A stretch of 64,000 bases of DNA. Source: Eledone cirrhosa. Its lineage: Eukaryota. The stretch is taken from NCBI GenBank assembly GCA_964016885.1, contig OZ024749.1:55862001-55926000 (forward strand), given 5' to 3'. A model generated the notes under the pieces. It was not told where the DNA came from. It did no database searches and worked only from the letters and a program-made list of their open reading frames with translations. Below are positions 58,060 to 64,000 of the stretch, in pieces (within the stretch, counting starts at the first letter, position 1; each line of letters opens with the position of its first letter). The position numbers were made by a program, and so were the translations under genes.

Positions 58060-58250
58060 GAGTGATGGAAGGCAAGAGGTTGAATTAAATGCAAGAATTG
58101 CTGGATCTTGTGCAATAATGCGCCAGCTTCAGCACTCGGTCATTAGAAGAAAGGGGATATGTATAAAAGCCCACTTTTCTAGCTTCAATTCAGTGTTCGT
58201 GTCTAGCATTATCTAATGTCAGGAATCTTATGTAATACGATCGAGAGAAC
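58060..58250 (+). pseudogene. Fragment of an RTE/Expander-like LINE ORF (region after the RT core)
   Basis: SDGRQEVELNARIAGSCAIMRQLQHSVIRRKGICIKAHFSSFNSVFVSSII*CQESY, matching the pattern SDG...EI..RI..A..VMR.L..SV..K.ELS.KAKL.IF.SVFVP.LTYG.E.W. Confidence 0.75.
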
Positions 58251-58374
58251 TACCGAAATGCTGTTCCAACAACTCTCTCTCTCTCTCGTCTCCTTATACT
58301 CTCCCTCTCACATACTCTATTCTGTTTGCCCATTCCATATTTCCAATGTCTTTCTGTTTGTCTTCATACTTTTT

Positions 58375-58438
58375 TGTCATCTCACCCTCTCCCTGTCATC
58401 TCACCCTCTCCCTGTCATCTCACCCTCTCCCTGTCATC
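58375..58438. repeat. 19-bp tandem repeat x3
   Basis: TGTCATCTCACCCTCTCCC. Confidence 0.9.
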
Positions 58439-58900
58439 TACAATACCTTCTTCTTCTTTTTCTTTTTCTTTTTCTTTTTCGTTTTCTTTTTCTTTCTTCT
58501 TCTTTCTTTTTTCTTCTTTCTTCTTTCTTCTTTCTTCTTCTTCTTTCTTCTTCTTTCTTCTTCTTGTTCATCTAAATTTTCTCTCTCCCCCTCACTCTCT
58601 CTCTTAAAGACTTCCTCCCTATTCTCTATCTCTTTATATTAATCTTATTTTCCCTGTTGTTCTCATTCATCTCACCAGTCTTGCCCTTCTGTATTTTATT
58701 CTCAATATCCAACCTCTCACTCTCTCTCTCTGTCTTCACCACCCCCTATTTCTGTTATTCTATCGTTCTATCCCTCTCTTATACTCACCATCTCTTTCTT
58801 CCAAAACCTTCTCTCTCTCACATCAATATTTCTCAACCATTTCTCCCCGTCTTACCATATCTTTCACACAACATCTCCACTTTCTCTCTCATTCTTTCTT

Positions 58901-59070
58901 GGCAGTATCGGTAGAGGGTCGGACGCCACGCATAGAGTTACGGCCCTTGCCATTCTGAGTTCAAATCCCGCCGAGGTTAACTTTGCCTTTCATCCTTACA
59001 GGGTCGAGAAAATAAAGTACCAGTGATGCACTGGGGTTGTGCTGGCCTTGTGCCAAAAATAGAAACAATT
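58901..59070 (+). mobile_element. SINE, short-tail form, 10-bp TSD
   Basis: ATTCTTTCTT at 58891-58900 and 59071-59080. Confidence 0.9.
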
Positions 59071-59659
59071 ATTCTTTCTTTCACTCACTCTCTCCCTCTC
59101 CCACTCTCTCATTCACTTTCTCTCCTACCTTCCCTCACTCTCACTTCCTCTCCTACCCCCCCCCCTCACTCTCATTCTCTTGTACAATCGCTATTCTCTT
59201 CTCATTTCAAACTCCATACATCCAGTCAATTACACTGACAATAACAACAACAACAATAACAACAACGACGATGACAAAGACGACGACAAAGACTACGACG
59301 ACGACAACGCCCATAACTCTACCTTTTCTCACCTCAAACTTCACTGCAAGCTATTAAAGCCTTATCAATGCTCCCACTCACTTCTAGCCTTCCTCTCTAG
59401 CCGTCCTACCATCCTTAATACCCCACCACCATCTTGCAGGTCCCGCCACCATGCAATCCCGCCATCCTGCCATCCTGTCCTTCCTACTAAAGTTTTTGTT
59501 TAAATGTTCGTGCAATATTACTTGTTTTCCATTGTTCGGTGTATCTGCACTTCTGCCGCGTTGAATACGGAACAAGGCAACCCACAACACACGTCTTTCC
59601 CGCCTCACCACACCTAAATGACGACAACAGCCCATCATACTTACGTAACAGCCAAGCGC

Positions 59660-60040
59660 ACACAAACACACGCACACACACTTACACACTCATACACACT
59701 CATACACACACGTACACACTCATACACACACGTACACACTCGCACACACGTACACACTCATACACACACGTACACACTCATACACACTCATACACACACG
59801 TACACAATCATACACATTCATACACACACGCACACACTCATACACACTCACACATACACGTACACACTCATACACACTCATACACACACGTACACACACG
59901 TACACACTCATACACTCTCATACATACACGTACACAATTATACACACTCATACACACATGTACACACTCATACACACTCATACACACACATACACACTCA
60001 TACACACACGTACACACTCGTACACACATGTACACAGGCT
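59660..60040. repeat. 10-bp-unit CA-rich minisatellite
   Basis: Alternating TACACACTCA and TACACACACG units. Confidence 0.9.
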
Positions 60041-60510
60041 CACATATATAGTGCCGCAAACGACAAAAACGCACACACATATACACAAATGCATGTGTAT
60101 GTACACATTAATGTATATATATATATATATATATATATACATACGCATGTGTGTGTGCTTATGTATATATTTATATATGTATAAATTCACAGAAACGCAT
60201 CCATGCTTCTCACACATGAACATATACACATACTCAGAGAAAGTCTACCTGGGTTATACGATATTCTCATAAATGTATATGCATTTACATGCATATACAT
60301 TTATTCACCCATATGCACATGTATATATATGTTTACACATACATGTGCTCTCATGGTACTATATGAGTTTTTCATACATTGTATACATATAAGCATACAC
60401 AATATACACGCAATCACTCATTCACATATATACACACAAGTGTACAGAACTCACACACACACACAAAGACACAGCTGCATGAACGACTGTGCACTCACAC
60501 GCAACATAGA

Positions 60511-60551
<41 letters not shown>

Positions 60552-60637
60552 ACACAAAGGTATTATTATTATATGGGTTGGCATCGACTTTCTCCTCCCC
60601 CAAAATTAAAAAAAAACATTTTTATTATTAATAATAT

Positions 60638-60883
60638 TAAAATAAAGTACCAGTAATGCATTGAGGTCGATTTAATCGACTATCCCCTACCCTAAATCAG
60701 AAACCATTATTTTGGATTGGCAGGGTTGGACGCCATGCTTTCTAGCATAGTTACGTCCCTTTACGATCTGAGTTCAAATCCCGCCAAGGTTAACTTTGCC
60801 TTTCATCCTTACGGGGTCGATAAAATAAAGTACCAGTAATGAACTGGGTAATTGCTGGCCTTGTGCCTAAAGTAGAAACAATT
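60638..60883 (+). mobile_element. SINE tail fragment followed by a short-tail SINE
   Basis: Fragment 60638-60710 and near-full copy 60713-60883. Confidence 0.88.
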
Positions 60884-60927
60884 ATTTATATTATTATTAT
60901 TATTATTGATAAGAGGTCTAATAATAT

Positions 60928-61124
60928 CGGCACAAGGCCAGCAATTTTGAAGGGATTTGGTCGTTGGATACATTGAATCACCCTTCCCCATTTCATGACT
61001 GGTACTTTGTTATTGGTCCCGGAACTTTAAAAGGCCTGATTTGTGTTCAGAACGTTAACATCCGAATGAAATTCAGCTTCAACCTCAGTCGAACGTTCTA
61101 ACGACTCCGCCAATTCTACAGCCT
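60928..61124 (-). mobile_element. Diverged long-tail SINE
   Basis: GGCACAAGGCCAGCAATTTTG tail and CTAACGACTCCGCCAATTC head. Confidence 0.75.
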
Positions 61125-63674
61125 AAATTAACAATTCATTGTAGAAGACTTCCCCCATTAAACTGATAATTTCTGCTATTTTCTATCTCATGTAAGACAT
61201 ATATAGCGTTGTTATAGCGAAATCATTTGTGTAGGGAGCCTAAAATGTAATTGTTCTTAGATGAGGCGACAAAAATCACAGAACAGCAGTGCAAACATAA
61301 GAACAATGTTTTGTTTCTCTTTCCTATACGGAGGAATAGTTGAAAGTGTTTACACTTTAGAATTAAGTTTTGTTTCACAGCGAAGGCTTCTATTAAAAAC
61401 ATTAACAGTAGTTATATCTACATTAAGCTAAATTGAAATCTTCAAACATACGTTGTGTTCAGTATATACATACATATATACATACATATATACATATATA
61501 TATAAGAGAGAGAGAGACCATTTAGAAGCGAAATAAGAGGATGTCTGAGACAGAGAGAGAGAGAGTGCGTGTGTGAATAGAAAACGAACATTAGGACTAA
61601 CATCATGAAATTGCAGTATGACAATAATAGCAGTGATCCAGCGGAATATGGGAATAACAGAATAATTGAAGAGCGGAACAGGGGAACAAGAGAACAGTGA
61701 AAGAATAGAATGGTAGGAGATGGTTGTCTAGATTGGACTGTTTCATTGGACGGGGAATATATAGAATGGTTAATATAGCGAGTTGGGACAAACGGCTCCT
61801 TCGTTGTCATATGTAGTATAGGAGAAACAAGAGCAAGTGGCACACAGCCTTGTTTGTGTGTATATGCATGTGTGGGTTGTATATGTGTCTATTGTGCGTG
61901 ATTATGTCTGTGTGTGTGTGGCGGAGGAGTGTTTATGCGTAATACGTGCATGTGTGATTTTAAATGCGTGTTTGTGAGTGTGTCGGAGTATGTGTGCGTA
62001 ATGCGTGCATGTGTAATATGTGCGGATACAGGCTTGTGTGTTTTGGGCGTGAGTGTGGGGTTAGTGTATAGCATCGATTGGATTTTGGATGTCGGACGAA
62101 TGTGACTGGATCGTTATATTTATAGACAAGCAAGTCTTGAACAGTGAATGTGTGTGTAAATGTGTGGGAAGAGTGTGTATGTTTGTGTGTATGCGTGTGC
62201 ATGATAAGGTTTGTATGTAATTTGTATGTGAGTTTATTTGTAGCGATGTAGATGTATTGTTTGTTAGTATGCATGTATATGTACATGTATGTATAAATAT
62301 ATATGTTTATGTGTATGTGTGTACGCTTATGTATATGTGGGTAAACATGTAAAGTGATGAGTGAGAGACGGGGCAAACAGACATTCAGACAGACAGAGAG
62401 TTATTGAGCAAGGGAGAGAAAAAGTGGTACATACACACACATTGTTATATTCTCACAAGCATAGACACACACACACATACAGGCACGTGTATATGTATAT
62501 ATTGATATTGATATATATAATGATAGAGAATCAGAGGGGACAGGACCAGAGAGAGAGGGAGAGAGAGAGAGAGAGAGAGGCTGAGATGAGGCATTTGGGA
62601 CAATAGAACTATGTTTCAAGAAGAAAAGACAGTTGAACAGAAACGAAAGGTGAAAAGAGAGAAGGAAAGAAAGAACGAAAATAACGGTGGAGGGGGGGGG
62701 GGCAAGCAAAAATGGAAGTTGTCTGTGAAGACAGGAAAGGGAGACAACTGATATTTTGAACGGGACATGTTGAAGGATGTCGAGAGAAAAATGGTGGAAG
62801 GAAGAGGAAAGAGTTAGAGAGAGAAGAGGCTGAAAGATATATGTATATATTTATATATGTGTGTGCGTGTGTGTGTGTGTGTGTGTATATATATAATATA
62901 TATATATGTGTGTATATGTATATATGCGTGTGTATTATACACTTGCATATACATATATATATAAATAGAGAGAGAGGTAGTGAGAATTTGAAGGAGGTGG
63001 AGTGAGTATGTAGAAGAGAAATTGGGAGAGAGAGAGAGGGATAAGGGGGGGAGGCTAAGACATAGCAAGATTGTGAGATAGTGAGAGGTTGAGAGGGAGA
63101 GTGGGAAGTTAGATATATATAGAGAGAGGGAGAGCTAGAAAGAGAAATGTGGAAAGATATAGCGAGGCTAAAAAGGGACAGGGAGAAGTTAAATATATAT
63201 ATATAGAGAGAGTTAGAAAGAGAGTGGTTTAAAGATAGAGAGGTTGAGAGAGATTCGTATATAGAGAGGGAGAGATCTTTTGTGTGTATATAACGGTGAC
63301 AGTGTGTTAGAGTGTGTGTGAGAATCGGAGAAAGAGAGAATGAGGGACAGAGGGAGTAGGAGATCCAGAGAGAGAGAGAGATTGAGAGACGAGTGTATAT
63401 GAGACAATGTGTGAGTGTGTTAGATCGTATGTGTCTATTGATGTGTGTATGTTAAAATATGTGAGTGTTTGAGTGAGTGTGTGTGTTTGGTAAGTGACAA
63501 TTTGGATGGGGATGTATGTATGTACGTATAAGGTATATATGTATATATGTATGTAAGTATGTATATGTGAGTGTATGCACATCTATATGTACATATATAT
63601 GTACATATATGTGTATGAGAGAGTAAATATATGTTTGTAAGGGAGAAAGTTGGGTAAGGGTATGTGCTGCAAGG

Positions 63675-63900
63675 CAAGGGGTGTAGAGAGGGTAGTTTGG
63701 GTGGGTGATCATTCGAGAGCGTAGTACTGAAGGGTGTGTAGAGTTTGATAGGGGGTTAGATTTTGGTGGGGGTGTGTAGAGTTTGGTGGGGCGTGTAAAG
63801 TCAGGTGGGGGTGTGTAGAGTTAGGTGGGGGTGTTGGAGAGCGTAGTTTTGAAGCCAGAGGTGTTTAGTGGATAGGGTGGGGGGCTGGAGACCCTAGTTT
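63675..63900. repeat. G-rich imperfect about 19-bp repeat
   Basis: GTGTAGAGTT...GGTGGGGG units. Confidence 0.8.
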
Positions 63901-64000
63901 TGTAGCAAAGGGTTGGTGTGTGGGGAGGCGGAGGCTAGAGTGCCTAGTATTGAAGCCAGGGGGCTATGGGTTAGGGCTTGAGAGCGTAGTATTGAAGGAA

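Overview
AT-rich, non-coding eukaryotic DNA (intergenic or a very large intron). The microsatellite load and SINE families resemble an octopus/coleoid cephalopod genome (inference from recalled repeat sequences). No credible protein-coding gene: nearly all listed ORFs are translations of (TA)n/(CA)n/(CT)n/(GAT)n repeats. Contents: about 35 copies of a tRNA-headed SINE with a MetaSINE-like core, three decayed RTE-clade LINE fragments, Tc1/mariner-type MITEs and ends, multi-kb (TA)n arrays and minisatellites. The main hidden signal is a set of type I hammerhead ribozyme (HHR) folds from at least six unrelated short elements: 23303-23372, 40373-40417, 41341-41384, 41624-41674, 45005-45095 and 49208-49303, plus partial copies. 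They sit mostly between microsatellites, and two families occur as head-to-head fold-backs with two fixed 3' ends. This fits Penelope-like element pseudo-LTRs or retrozyme-like elements. All folds were derived by hand and are untested.
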